A DNA stretch of 64,000 nucleotides, taken from IMG/VR virus record IMGVR_UViG_3300045972_000138, positions 62,001 through 126,000 of that record, one strand, 5' to 3'. The translations under genes and the position numbers were made by a program. Each line of letters begins with the position of its first letter. Position 1 is the stretch's first letter. Positions 35,709-44,830 of the stretch are shown piece by piece. The notes beneath the pieces are model-generated. The model saw nothing but the letters and a program-made list of their open reading frames with translations, had not been told where the DNA came from and made no database searches.

Positions 35709-36861
35709 TATTTCAAAACAAATTCATGCAGGGTGGGATAATACAAAGGTAATACCAGAAGCTCAAGTTTTATACGAAGCGGAGATTATCCCGGAAGGTG
35801 CAACAGCATCAGAGTTAAAGAAATTTGTAAAGTTTTCAAGTAAACACAATACAATTCATACAATAGATAACGTACCGATGCCGGGATTTACATTGTATGA
35901 TGTCGATAAGAAAAATTATTCAGCAACCGATTCAACTTGGTTAGTTATTGATCCACGCGGATTTATAACAAGAATTACAAATAAGAATTTAATTAAGATT
36001 CTAAGGGTATCAGGAATTACAGAAGGATTGATACAGCAAAAATGTGTATGGGCCCGGGAAGATTCCGACACTACATTAACACTGGTACCACTATCGTCTA
36101 CTGAATATAATCTAGCTGTAGGAAACACAGAATTAATGGAAGCAAAAGTTTCTATGGATTCAGTAGATATTGGCGATACTGTGTTATTGCAGAATGGTCT
36201 CACTGGCAAGTATATGGGCGTATTATCGTTATACGGTAGAATGGATAGATCGTACAATAACGTATTAAAGGCTCCATCTTTCTTACGCAAACAAATCATA
36301 GAAGTATTCCCGGGTAAGTTTCATTACAATACAGATATTAAAATACTGAAGGTGCTAGGTAAGTCTCCATTACCGATGTCACGAGAAGATTCAATGACAT
36401 ATATAAATGGTGAAATTAATCATAATGTTAATTGTTATTTTTCGCAGGATACTAAATTTACTAACTCTTTTCAGCCAAGTTTTAGATATATCGGGTGTGT
36501 ATCTGTACACGCCGAACCTAAAGTAAAATATGTTCTAGAGGAAATAGAAAAAGAAGAAGCAGAAGAACTGTTTTACAAGTTTCGTGATACAACATATTAC
36601 GGCGGTCTTGTTTTAGAAAATTTACAAGATAAAAAAAGCATAATCGACTTTCCTTGGTGGGGAAGTCAGCAAACCGTAAATACCACATCATTTCCTATAC
36701 AGGATGTTGCTGCTATAGACGACTCAAAGATAACATTACATAAGCCGGTAGCTGGCGCAATGGCATATGTTACAGGAGCAAAACCGAAACTATACTCGCT
36801 TGACAATTTTAAGAAATTCTATAAAATAGTCAAACAAGTTAGAGCTATTAAATATATTTAA
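35701..36861 (+). CDS. Hypothetical protein
   Basis: Start reassigned to MLNISKQI overlapping upstream stop; WLVIDPRGF motif. Confidence 0.65.
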   Translation: MLNISKQIHAGWDNTKVIPEAQVLYEAEIIPEGATASELKKFVKFSSKHNTIHTIDNVPMPGFTLYDVDKKNYSATDSTWLVIDPRGFITRITNKNLIKILRVSGITEGLIQQKCVWAREDSDTTLTLVPLSSTEYNLAVGNTELMEAKVSMDSVDIGDTVLLQNGLTGKYMGVLSLYGRMDRSYNNVLKAPSFLRKQIIEVFPGKFHYNTDIKILKVLGKSPLPMSREDSMTYINGEINHNVNCYFSQDTKFTNSFQPSFRYIGCVSVHAEPKVKYVLEEIEKEEAEELFYKFRDTTYYGGLVLENLQDKKSIIDFPWWGSQQTVNTTSFPIQDVAAIDDSKITLHKPVAGAMAYVTGAKPKLYSLDNFKKFYKIVKQVRAIKYI

Positions 36862-36869
36862 GGAACAAA

Positions 36870-37241
36870 ATGGATAATACACAATATTTAGAATTAAGCG
36901 ACCGCACCTGCAAGCACATTGACGGACCTGATACAATCACGCCCGAGCGTTATGATTTACTGCACGCTACCCTCGGAATTGCCGGCGAATCAGGCGAAAT
37001 TGTAGATGCTGTTAAGAAGCACATAATCTACAACAAGCCGCTAGACATTGCAAATATGCGCGAAGAAATCGGCGATATTATGTGGTACATTGCGTTAGCT
37101 TGCCGCACACTTGATTTTGATCTTGGCGAAATCTTGGAAGAAAATATTGCCAAGTTGCAAAAGCGTTATCCGGACAAGTACAGCGATTTTCACGCAACAG
37201 CACGTCTAGATAAAGCAGAAGAAAACTATATTGAGCCGTAA
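36870..37241 (+). CDS. MazG-like NTP pyrophosphohydrolase
   Basis: LGIAGESGEIVDAVKKH, REEIGDIMWY, ENIAKLQKRYP. Confidence 0.88.
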   Translation: MDNTQYLELSDRTCKHIDGPDTITPERYDLLHATLGIAGESGEIVDAVKKHIIYNKPLDIANMREEIGDIMWYIALACRTLDFDLGEILEENIAKLQKRYPDKYSDFHATARLDKAEENYIEP

Positions 37242-37501
37242 TGAATGTAGTAGTGCATCATTGGAGATACGAGGACGGCCTTACATCTCCAAACCTTGGA
37301 TCAAAATTTCCACTTGATCCACCACCACGCGGATGGTATTGCTGGGCATATCCATCCGACGATAGGGATTTTGAAAAATGGATGAAAACAAATTGCCCTA
37401 AATCTGATTGCACGCATAGATTTAATAGTGGTGACCCTATGTATACTGTGCATATAAAAGACGACCAGGAAGCGGTATCATTTAAACTACAATGGATGTA
37501 A
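37241..37501 (+). CDS. Small protein of FxDxxDAxxF paralog family
   Basis: C-terminal IKDDQEAVSFKLQW. Confidence 0.7.
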   Translation: MNVVVHHWRYEDGLTSPNLGSKFPLDPPPRGWYCWAYPSDDRDFEKWMKTNCPKSDCTHRFNSGDPMYTVHIKDDQEAVSFKLQWM

Positions 37502-37502
37502 T

Positions 37503-37826
37503 ATGAAATTTATACGAAGATCAATTTTAAAATTAATAAAATGGGCGGCCGCTGTTGATCAGGTTACTGAACCAAATAAGTACGACGATAGAAAAGCGCA
37601 AGGTACTGCTATCGGACTTGCAAAATCTTCCATGTCTGAGATAAACGATATGGGTAATGGAATGAATTTTACAATGTACAATGCAACTGGTGGTAAAGTA
37701 GTTCAAATTCGATCATATAATCCTAGCACAGATCGTTCGAAATCAGCATTGTATGTTATTACAGATACAGAAGATTTGGGTACAGAGTTAGCTCAGATTA
37801 TTACAATGGAACGACTATCCTCCTAA
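37503..37826 (+). CDS. Hypothetical protein
   Basis: YNATGGKVVQ...LYVITDTEDLG. Confidence 0.7.
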   Translation: MKFIRRSILKLIKWAAAVDQVTEPNKYDDRKAQGTAIGLAKSSMSEINDMGNGMNFTMYNATGGKVVQIRSYNPSTDRSKSALYVITDTEDLGTELAQIITMERLSS

Positions 37827-37855
37827 TTGACGTATGCAGTAATATGCATTATAAT
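37827..37855 (+). promoter_or_regulatory. sigma70-type promoter
   Basis: TTGACG-17-TATAAT. Confidence 0.7.
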
Positions 37856-37875
37856 TTAATTTTAGAAAGCGTAAT

Positions 37876-38142
37876 ATGACTAAACAAACCGAAAAGGCAC
37901 AACCAGTTAACCTTAAGGAACAAAATGCAGTCCATACCTTCCGCGTTACGATCCGCGATCGTGAACATTTCTATAGGCTTGTAAAGTGGCTAAACGAAAA
38001 CGTAGGTAAGGGCGAAGATAAGTGGACCATGGAAGGCCGCGTTCTTAAGCGTTTGAAGCAAGGTACCACTATCAACCCAAACATCTATATTTTCCGTCAG
38101 GATTTTGATCCATCATCGGCACTGTATCTTAGCTTGATTTGA
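37876..38142 (+). CDS. Hypothetical protein
   Basis: ORF track; follows promoter. Confidence 0.7.
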   Translation: MTKQTEKAQPVNLKEQNAVHTFRVTIRDREHFYRLVKWLNENVGKGEDKWTMEGRVLKRLKQGTTINPNIYIFRQDFDPSSALYLSLI

Positions 38143-38143
38143 T

Positions 38144-38428
38144 ATGGCTAATGCCTTCCGACCCAATGCCTTAATTGCCAACGATGGTACAATTGTTGCA
38201 TTGGTTCACATTGAAAGCATAAGCCAGGTTAGTAAAGAAGAGGATGCTACAGTAGATAAACTAAGAGATGATTTAACGTTCATAGTTACTACTGTATCAG
38301 GTTTTAAACATACTATTTCTATTAAGCGACTCATAAAAGCACACAGGGCAGATTGTGTGTTTGATAATGATATGCACGAAACATATTTGTCGATATTAGA
38401 CAGATGGATACATTTACTAGGGGCATGA
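38144..38428 (+). CDS. Hypothetical protein
   Basis: Operon packing. Confidence 0.6.
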   Translation: MANAFRPNALIANDGTIVALVHIESISQVSKEEDATVDKLRDDLTFIVTTVSGFKHTISIKRLIKAHRADCVFDNDMHETYLSILDRWIHLLGA

Positions 38429-38429
38429 T

Positions 38430-38684
38430 ATGGTAACTTTACCTAAAGATTTTGTTGCTACAAAGCACGACGGCTATTTCTGGAATTTAAAAGAACAAAA
38501 ACTTTATTCAATTAAAGTTAGCGGATTCTTGCGACCACTTGCTGGCCCACGCAAGCCAAATCCGTTTAACCACTACATAGAAGGTTATCAGGTGTCAGTA
38601 AATGGCAGGAGAAGAATTCTTGCACTAGAAACACTTCAGAAACTTAAAGCAGCCAATTCTATTATTAAAGTGGAGAAATCATGA
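38430..38684 (+). CDS. Hypothetical protein
   Basis: GYFWNLKEQKLYSIKVSG. Confidence 0.65.
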   Translation: MVTLPKDFVATKHDGYFWNLKEQKLYSIKVSGFLRPLAGPRKPNPFNHYIEGYQVSVNGRRRILALETLQKLKAANSIIKVEKS

Positions 38685-38923
38685 TACAAAAAGGTAATGA
38701 ACTTACAGGCAATGATATTAGTGTTGATAGCTACACTACTCATTGGCCACAGATACGAGTACATCCTCTTGTATTCTATCGTCGTTATGATAAATTCGTT
38801 GAAGGATTTAAGCAGGTAAAAGGCTTGTTTGCCGAATTAGATCAGGGACAGTTTGTATCTATTAGATTTTCCAATAAAGATGATTTAACTACATTTCATC
38901 GTATCCACAACGAGTACATATGA
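38681..38923 (+). CDS. Small protein, weak FxDxxDAxxF family member
   Basis: SIRFSNKDDLTTF. Confidence 0.6.
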   Translation: MIQKGNELTGNDISVDSYTTHWPQIRVHPLVFYRRYDKFVEGFKQVKGLFAELDQGQFVSIRFSNKDDLTTFHRIHNEYI

Positions 38924-39309
38924 AACAGAAGTTGCACGTACTAACAAGGATGTTTTTAAAAGATCCCTATATCGTACGGATAACTCATACTGGCTGTCAA
39001 ATGCCTAATCTGGATTTAGCAGAATTTAGAAAATTGTTAAAGACTGCTAAATCCATGATTACCGAAACGTGGGGTTATTCAAATCCTGATTACTTTATAG
39101 TGCGAACAACTGAAGTAAATTTAATATCAATAAACGGTGTAGGTAGCTTTCCAACTACAGTTCCAGAATACGAATGTTACTCTTATTGGGCATTCACAAA
39201 TGATATGGATGCCACACAATTTAGATTGACTGTTGGAGATAGTGCAAGAAGAATGCAAATTTGGCCAACCAGAGTTAAATTCACTATAACAGAATATATC
39301 GAAGATTAA
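38920..39309 (+). CDS. Protein of FxDxxDAxxF paralog family
   Basis: YWAFTNDMDATQFRL. Confidence 0.65.
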   Translation: MKQKLHVLTRMFLKDPYIVRITHTGCQMPNLDLAEFRKLLKTAKSMITETWGYSNPDYFIVRTTEVNLISINGVGSFPTTVPEYECYSYWAFTNDMDATQFRLTVGDSARRMQIWPTRVKFTITEYIED

Positions 39310-39353
39310 TGATGCGCGTAAAATTGTTGCATAAATATAACAAGTGAGGGCCT

Positions 39354-39635
39354 ATGCATCCATTTTTAAACACATCAAAACTAACGCTAGAAGAAATTGT
39401 AGAAAAAATTAACAAAGCGAATCTTTATTTAAACCAGCAAGCTTCTTTGGGACACAATCCTACAGTATTAAGCATACAAGAAGTAATAAAATATTTGGAA
39501 GAAGAAAAAAACACACGTATGCAAAAATTGATAGATGATGAAATGAAGAAGAAGGCCCCCGATGCTCATGCACCGTTAGAGGTAGGCAGTGTTGATAAAG
39601 TCGACATTGAAAAGTTTATAAGGAACGCTCTATGA
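39354..39635 (+). CDS. Hypothetical protein
   Basis: CATAAATA late-like box at 39330; RBS GAGG. Confidence 0.65.
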   Translation: MHPFLNTSKLTLEEIVEKINKANLYLNQQASLGHNPTVLSIQEVIKYLEEEKNTRMQKLIDDEMKKKAPDAHAPLEVGSVDKVDIEKFIRNAL

Positions 39636-40351
39636 TGCAAATTGGTAGACACAAAATAAAAAATCATATGTCGTTAGAATATGATTTTGCCGGCATTAGA
39701 ATTTTAAACGGATGCTTGGTACCAGTTGATTGGCACATTTCGGCCGACTTGGTTGCTATGGATAAAAAAGGCAAACTATCGGTGGAAGAATTGGAATACA
39801 ATGCAACTGTTGCGTATCAAAAATTATTCTTTTGGCTAGATACAAATTTGCCAAACATAATAATAGTAGATGTCAACAATCCCGAAGATTTATATATTGC
39901 TAATTTATCTGCCAACATAATGATGTATTGCCCGGCTGCACCATATGATGATGTAATTGTGCAGTTGTTACATTCAAAATTAACTGTACTAGCAGATAAT
40001 TCGTTATATGTTGGCGATGTAAGAATAAAAGCAAGCGATATGACTGTCAAGTACACATACTCGTTGGCAGACACTGGTTATTCGATGCCAAAGTCAACAG
40101 AAGAATATTACCCCGAAGGTAAGACAAGAGATACAGTGCCGTGGTGGAGTCGCAATGATGGGTTTAGCTTCGAGTTTGTAAAACCTGATGAGACTGAGTT
40201 ATCGGATGAAGAATTGTACGGCGGCATTATTGATCCACTTACTGAATTCTATAAAATAATCGACGATGCTACTGCTGATAATACATTAGGTACTAAAGAA
40301 CCTGCAAGAATTGTTCAAGTAGAAAAATGGAAACCAAAAAAGGTTGAGTAA
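39632..40351 (+). CDS. Conserved phage hypothetical protein
   Basis: ATGA overlap; 239 aa. Confidence 0.65.
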   Translation: MMQIGRHKIKNHMSLEYDFAGIRILNGCLVPVDWHISADLVAMDKKGKLSVEELEYNATVAYQKLFFWLDTNLPNIIIVDVNNPEDLYIANLSANIMMYCPAAPYDDVIVQLLHSKLTVLADNSLYVGDVRIKASDMTVKYTYSLADTGYSMPKSTEEYYPEGKTRDTVPWWSRNDGFSFEFVKPDETELSDEELYGGIIDPLTEFYKIIDDATADNTLGTKEPARIVQVEKWKPKKVE

Positions 40352-40866
40352 TGAAAATAAATATGTATGGTCAAGCCATACTATCTAGTAGTAATGTAAG
40401 GGAATTAATACTTCAAGGTAAGAACATTGGTCACTTGACAGTAATAAAAGACGATGAGGTTGAGTTATTTGAAAAGTATCAAAATTCGTTATTAAACAAT
40501 AAAGTAGCGTTCGATGATATTCCGGAAGAAGTTTTATCTTTTGATGATTTTCATTTAAAGGCTGCTGATGAGTGGTTGTTCCCTAAAGAGTATCAACAAA
40601 TTGATGTGCATACATGGCTCATTAATAAATGTAACACACAAGTAGAAGTCGATAGAATAAACGAAGAATATGCATTATACGAAGAGCGTGATTTAATTAT
40701 GCTTCTTAGATTGTTTATATTCTTAGTCGATTATATGCGTAAGAATAAATTTATATGGGGTGTCGGGCGTGGATCATCTGTTTCATCGTATATCTTGTAT
40801 AAGATAGGCATACATCGCGTAGATAGTTTAAAGTTTGGATTTAGTATAAAGGATTATTTAAAATGA
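40351..40866 (+). CDS. Small DNA polymerase III alpha (DnaE) catalytic-domain-like protein
   Basis: WGVGRGSSVSSYILYKIGIHRVDSLKF matches DnaE GxGRGSxxGSLVxYxLGITxVDPLKY; only 171 aa. Confidence 0.7.
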   Translation: MKINMYGQAILSSSNVRELILQGKNIGHLTVIKDDEVELFEKYQNSLLNNKVAFDDIPEEVLSFDDFHLKAADEWLFPKEYQQIDVHTWLINKCNTQVEVDRINEEYALYEERDLIMLLRLFIFLVDYMRKNKFIWGVGRGSSVSSYILYKIGIHRVDSLKFGFSIKDYLK

Positions 40867-41189
40867 GCAGACATACAAGTTATAGAGGCGTAACCATTGA
40901 TATGGATACAATGCGTCGTGAAAATGAAAAGGTAACAGCGTTAGGCAACATGAAGGTTAACGCCAAAGGCGACGAACTTGGCCGAGGTGGTACAATTGTT
41001 AAGCAAGCGGATAAAATTGCAAGAGACAATCATCAATCGCAATCATCTGTAATTAAAACGGGTCTGAAAGGTGCAATGCCTGATTCCCCTGCAATTGTAG
41101 AACAAAAGAAAACAACACCTGTGAAGGCTACAGTAAAGAAAGTAGAAAAAGAATTGCCAAATGGTGATATCGAGGTACAAGATGAATAA
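40863..41189 (+). CDS. Hypothetical protein
   Basis: GNMKVNAKGDELGRGG. Confidence 0.65.
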   Translation: MSRHTSYRGVTIDMDTMRRENEKVTALGNMKVNAKGDELGRGGTIVKQADKIARDNHQSQSSVIKTGLKGAMPDSPAIVEQKKTTPVKATVKKVEKELPNGDIEVQDE

Positions 41190-41340
41190 GGCCGAGGGCG
41201 AAGTTGATGGCATCAAGTATTCGGTTGACGAAAGCATTGTAAAACGATTAAAAGAATCGCATAATATAGATGCTATTCAAGAGATACAGGATGCTCTTAA
41301 AAAATTTAAAGAAAGCGAAAGGCTTAAAAATGCAAGTTAA
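41182..41340 (+). CDS. Small hypothetical protein (52 aa), not in ORF track
   Basis: RBS GAGG; fills gap, overlaps both neighbours. Confidence 0.5.
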   Translation: MNKAEGEVDGIKYSVDESIVKRLKESHNIDAIQEIQDALKKFKESERLKNAS

Positions 41341-41674
41341 GGCAATGCCAAAGAAAGTGTTAGTTACAGACTTAGAGCGTGGGTCGCGTATTGTTAAGGG
41401 AATTATTATTCCGGATGACAATGGTAAGAGTGAAGGTATTCGCCCACGCTGGGGTCGCGTATTCTCCATTGGCGAAGGCGTAATGGATATTCAAGAAGGT
41501 CAATGGATTCTTATTGAGAATGGCCGTTGGACTCGTATGCTTAAAGTACGACAAGAAGACGGATCTTACATTCAGTTGTGGGGCGTGGAATATCCTCAAT
41601 CTGTTATGTTAGTATCCGATACAGATCCGGAAACAGAAATTTTCTCAGAACATACAACAACACACGCATTCTAA
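41330..41674 (+). CDS. GroES-like co-chaperonin (Cpn10)
   Basis: KVLVTD...GIIIPDD.GK..GIRPRWGRVFSIGEG..DIQEGQWIL. Confidence 0.75.
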   Translation: MQVKAMPKKVLVTDLERGSRIVKGIIIPDDNGKSEGIRPRWGRVFSIGEGVMDIQEGQWILIENGRWTRMLKVRQEDGSYIQLWGVEYPQSVMLVSDTDPETEIFSEHTTTHAF

Positions 41675-41686
41675 GAAAGAATTATA

Positions 41687-42628
41687 ATGAAGCAACTCTG
41701 GACTGAAAAGTACAGGCCTAAGGGCATTGACGGTTATGTATTTAAAGATACAAAACAACGTAAGCAAATTGATCAGTGGATTACCCAAAAGGCATTACCG
41801 CATATGTTGTTATCGGGTGCGCCTGGAACAGGAAAGTCAACACTAATTAAAGTCCTACTACACGAACTTGGTATTGATCCATTTGACGTGTTAGAAGTAA
41901 ATGCATCAAGGGATAACGGTGTCGACTTTATTCGCGACACTGTTACTAAGTTTTCGGAAACTATGGGTGTAGGCGATATGCGCTATATCTTCTTAGACGA
42001 AGCAGACGGGTTGTCCCCTGCAGCACAAGGAGTATTGCGCGGGACGATGGAAAAATACGCGAATTCCGTGCGATTTTTGCTCACTTGCAACTACCCGCAC
42101 AAAGTTATACCTGCTATTAAGTCACGCTGCGAAACCGGCAGAATGCACATCGAAAAGCTAGATACTAGCGAATTCTATATGCGTTTAATTGATATCTTAA
42201 CCAAAGAAAGTGTAGAGATTGATGCGGATGCATTAGAATCTATTGTTGGTTCAACATATCCGGATTTACGCAGAGGGATTAGCATGATCCAAGCTAATTC
42301 GTTTGGTGGCAAGTTATCATTGCCTGACGAAGGAAGTGAAGTAGTAGCAGACTATAAGATTGATATGGTCGCACTTTTTAGATCTAAAAAGTATACTGAG
42401 GCTAGAAAGCTAATTTGCACACAAGTACAACAAGACGAGTATGAAGACATATTCCGCTTTATGTATCAGAATTTAGAAATCTGGGCAGATGGTGATCAGA
42501 ATAAAGAAGACCAGGCAATTATTGTTATCAGGGACGGCCTTGTTAATGATAACCAATGCTCTGATAGAGAAATAAATCTCAGTGCGACATTTGTAGAATT
42601 AGAACAAGTAGCGAAAGGTATTAATTAA
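41687..42628 (+). CDS. Sliding clamp loader AAA+ subunit (RFC/T4 gp44-like)
   Basis: LWTEKYRP, GAPGTGKS, NASRDNG, LDEAD, LRGTME, SRC motif, DLRR. Confidence 0.92.
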   Translation: MKQLWTEKYRPKGIDGYVFKDTKQRKQIDQWITQKALPHMLLSGAPGTGKSTLIKVLLHELGIDPFDVLEVNASRDNGVDFIRDTVTKFSETMGVGDMRYIFLDEADGLSPAAQGVLRGTMEKYANSVRFLLTCNYPHKVIPAIKSRCETGRMHIEKLDTSEFYMRLIDILTKESVEIDADALESIVGSTYPDLRRGISMIQANSFGGKLSLPDEGSEVVADYKIDMVALFRSKKYTEARKLICTQVQQDEYEDIFRFMYQNLEIWADGDQNKEDQAIIVIRDGLVNDNQCSDREINLSATFVELEQVAKGIN

Positions 42629-43015
42629 ATGAAAAAAGAAACTGTATACATTGTCTTGACGCATAAACACGTTTTGAAGACTCCTGGCAAAAAAAATATT
42701 AAGCCAGTGTGGGATATTTCGGAAAAGGTTGAGTTTGTAAATCAACTACGTAATCGACATCTTACCGAATCTACAGCTATTGCGGATTATACCAATAGAA
42801 AGCTAATTAGTGGATCACGTATTAAAATGGAATCGTATGAGCAATTTGATTCGTATGTTCGTAAGAAATATGAAAAAGAAATGCGCGAATTGGATAGTGC
42901 ATACGTTGGATTACAAGTCACAGAACCTGTTGTCGTAAATGACACCGAAGTGTTTGCTGACCAATTTGGTAATGTGCGTGCAAGAACAGTATTTGATAAA
43001 CCAGAAACGGTATGA
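42629..43015 (+). CDS. Hypothetical protein
   Basis: Operon packing. Confidence 0.6.
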   Translation: MKKETVYIVLTHKHVLKTPGKKNIKPVWDISEKVEFVNQLRNRHLTESTAIADYTNRKLISGSRIKMESYEQFDSYVRKKYEKEMRELDSAYVGLQVTEPVVVNDTEVFADQFGNVRARTVFDKPETV

Positions 43016-43599
43016 AAAAATTAAAGAACATTATCCTATCAGACGCCGATGGCGTCTTGTTAGATTGGGAATGGGCATTTAGTGTATGGATGCAACAGCG
43101 CGGATTTACACACGCCGAAGGCCATAAGAAGACCTATATGTTGCATCATCACTACAACGACCTAACGCCAGGCGAAGCAAAACGCTCCATTAAACTATTC
43201 AACGAATCTGCTGCAATTGGTTTCTTACCTGCATTGCGCGATAGTATGTTTTATGTTAAGCGCCTGTACGAAGAACATGGATACAGAATTCGTGTTATCA
43301 CTAGTTTGTCGCTAGATGAAAATGCCGGTAAGTTACGCGAAATGAACTTACATAAGTTATTCGGCGATGCTATCGAAAAAGTTATCTGTCTTGAAACAGG
43401 TGCAGACAAAGATGAAGCACTAGCACCGTATAAAAACACAGGAATGTGGTGGATAGAAGACAAGCCAGAAAACGCCGATGCAGGACATAATATAGGGTTA
43501 AATAGTATATTAGTTGAGCACGGTCATAACATGGATCACGAAGCATCGTATCCAATTGTTAAGAACTGGAAAGAAATCTACGATATTATAACAAAATGA
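43012..43599 (+). CDS. HAD-superfamily 5'(3')-deoxyribonucleotidase-like
   Basis: DADGVLLDW, VITS, WIEDKPENA. Confidence 0.8.
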   Translation: MKKLKNIILSDADGVLLDWEWAFSVWMQQRGFTHAEGHKKTYMLHHHYNDLTPGEAKRSIKLFNESAAIGFLPALRDSMFYVKRLYEEHGYRIRVITSLSLDENAGKLREMNLHKLFGDAIEKVICLETGADKDEALAPYKNTGMWWIEDKPENADAGHNIGLNSILVEHGHNMDHEASYPIVKNWKEIYDIITK

Positions 43600-44222
43600 C
43601 AAAACGGATACTTGTATTAGGATTACCCGGGTCGGGCAAAACAACGTTCAGTCAAGAATTAGTCAAACGGCTAATGCTTAAACACACGATTGCGTGGTAT
43701 AATGCTGATGCTGTACGCAAAGAACACGATGATTGGGATTTCAGTCCCGAAGGTCGGATGCGTCAAGTTAAACGTATGCGCGATATGGCTGATTCTGCAG
43801 GTACCGATTTTGCTATATGCGACTTTGTATGCCCTACCGATGAATACAGAGCAGTGTTTGATGCAGATATAACAATCTGGATGAATACAATCGAAGAGGG
43901 TCGGTTTGCAGATACAAATAAAGCATTTGTACCACCTACTAAATTTGATTATGCTGTAACAAAGTGGGCGTATAACGATATTGTACTTACCGCGGTAATA
44001 AAAGATCACAGTTTCAGTAAAAAAGAATCGCATTTACGAAGCATCGTAAAAGCATTAAGCTGGCGTGTGTGTGGTACACTAGATACAATTGTTATAAGTT
44101 TCTTTATAACAGGTCAAATTCATACTGCTATCGCAATTGGTGGTTTAGAAGTTATTACCAAGATTGCGTGGTATTGGTTGCACGAGCGACTTTGGCAAAA
44201 AATTAAATGGGGCACTAAGTAG
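43596..44222 (+). CDS. APS-kinase-like P-loop kinase fused to DUF2061 membrane domain
   Basis: GLPGSGKTT, NADAVR, DWDFSPEGRMRQ, DFVCP; C-terminal RSIVKALSWRVCG...WLHERLW. Confidence 0.75.
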   Translation: MTKRILVLGLPGSGKTTFSQELVKRLMLKHTIAWYNADAVRKEHDDWDFSPEGRMRQVKRMRDMADSAGTDFAICDFVCPTDEYRAVFDADITIWMNTIEEGRFADTNKAFVPPTKFDYAVTKWAYNDIVLTAVIKDHSFSKKESHLRSIVKALSWRVCGTLDTIVISFFITGQIHTAIAIGGLEVITKIAWYWLHERLWQKIKWGTK

Positions 44223-44239
44223 TCCTACAATAAGAAGAT

Positions 44240-44690
44240 AAAGGTTGGTGCGCCAAGTTAATATTGCACTGAGACAAACTGCCTGATAGCAGTCAATACT
44301 CAAGCCGGCTAAAAAGTCGGTAATCCTGTGAGCTTCCATGGGGCCTGATGTTCCCGGTAGACATATTACCGATAAATCGTGCATTCTAGAATCTAGAAAA
44401 GACGTAGCATCATAAAAAATTATTAAGTTGCTGTCGGTAAGTGAATGTAAGGTATGCCCGACAGGCTGCGCTATAAGTGGTTGAAGACGAGTAGCATTAT
44501 GCAGTGACCGTAAAGAAGGCCCTACTATGACATCCGCAAGGATACAGTTGACATAATCAATCCGACACTGTTTAAAGTTATATTTCATCCTATATTGACG
44601 CTGTCAGTAAAAGTATGTGTTTAAATTCTGAGTCCCGAAACTCAGGTGTTAAACACATACCCTTTCTATATCTCTACCGTCAGTCTATGA
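44240..44690 (+). ncRNA. Candidate large structured non-coding RNA (family unknown)
   Basis: ORF-poor ~600-nt gap, ~44% GC over 44281-44520, at least 8 local hairpins including a GCAA tetraloop, long-range 8-bp helix, 12-bp terminal stem. Confidence 0.45.
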
Positions 44691-44761
44691 TTCTAGTCAA
44701 AAATATTATCTCAACTTATATCGCATATTCTGACACAATTTTACTATATTCTCTTAGATCA

Positions 44762-44796
44762 TAAAAAAAGCTTACTTACATCTCTGCAAGTAAGCT
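44762..44796 (-). terminator. Intrinsic terminator for phoH
   Basis: AGCTTACTT / AAGTAAGCT stem; A7 on + strand is the U tract on - strand. Confidence 0.6.
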
Positions 44797-44830
44797 CTAC
44801 AATATCTCTAAGAGATATTACATACTCTCT

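Noticed and set aside
44145-44588. 147-aa minus-strand ORF over the candidate ncRNA
   Set aside because: No properly spaced RBS, atypical composition, antisense overlap with the DUF2061 C-terminus; more likely a shadow of the structured region, though not excluded.
44222-44760. tmRNA, RNase P RNA, group I intron or retron msr-msd as identity of the gap
   Set aside because: No tRNA-like T-arm/CCA end or ANDE..LAA tag. RNase P CR-like fragments are in the wrong order. No P7/R-S core and no interrupted host gene. No reverse transcriptase in the window.
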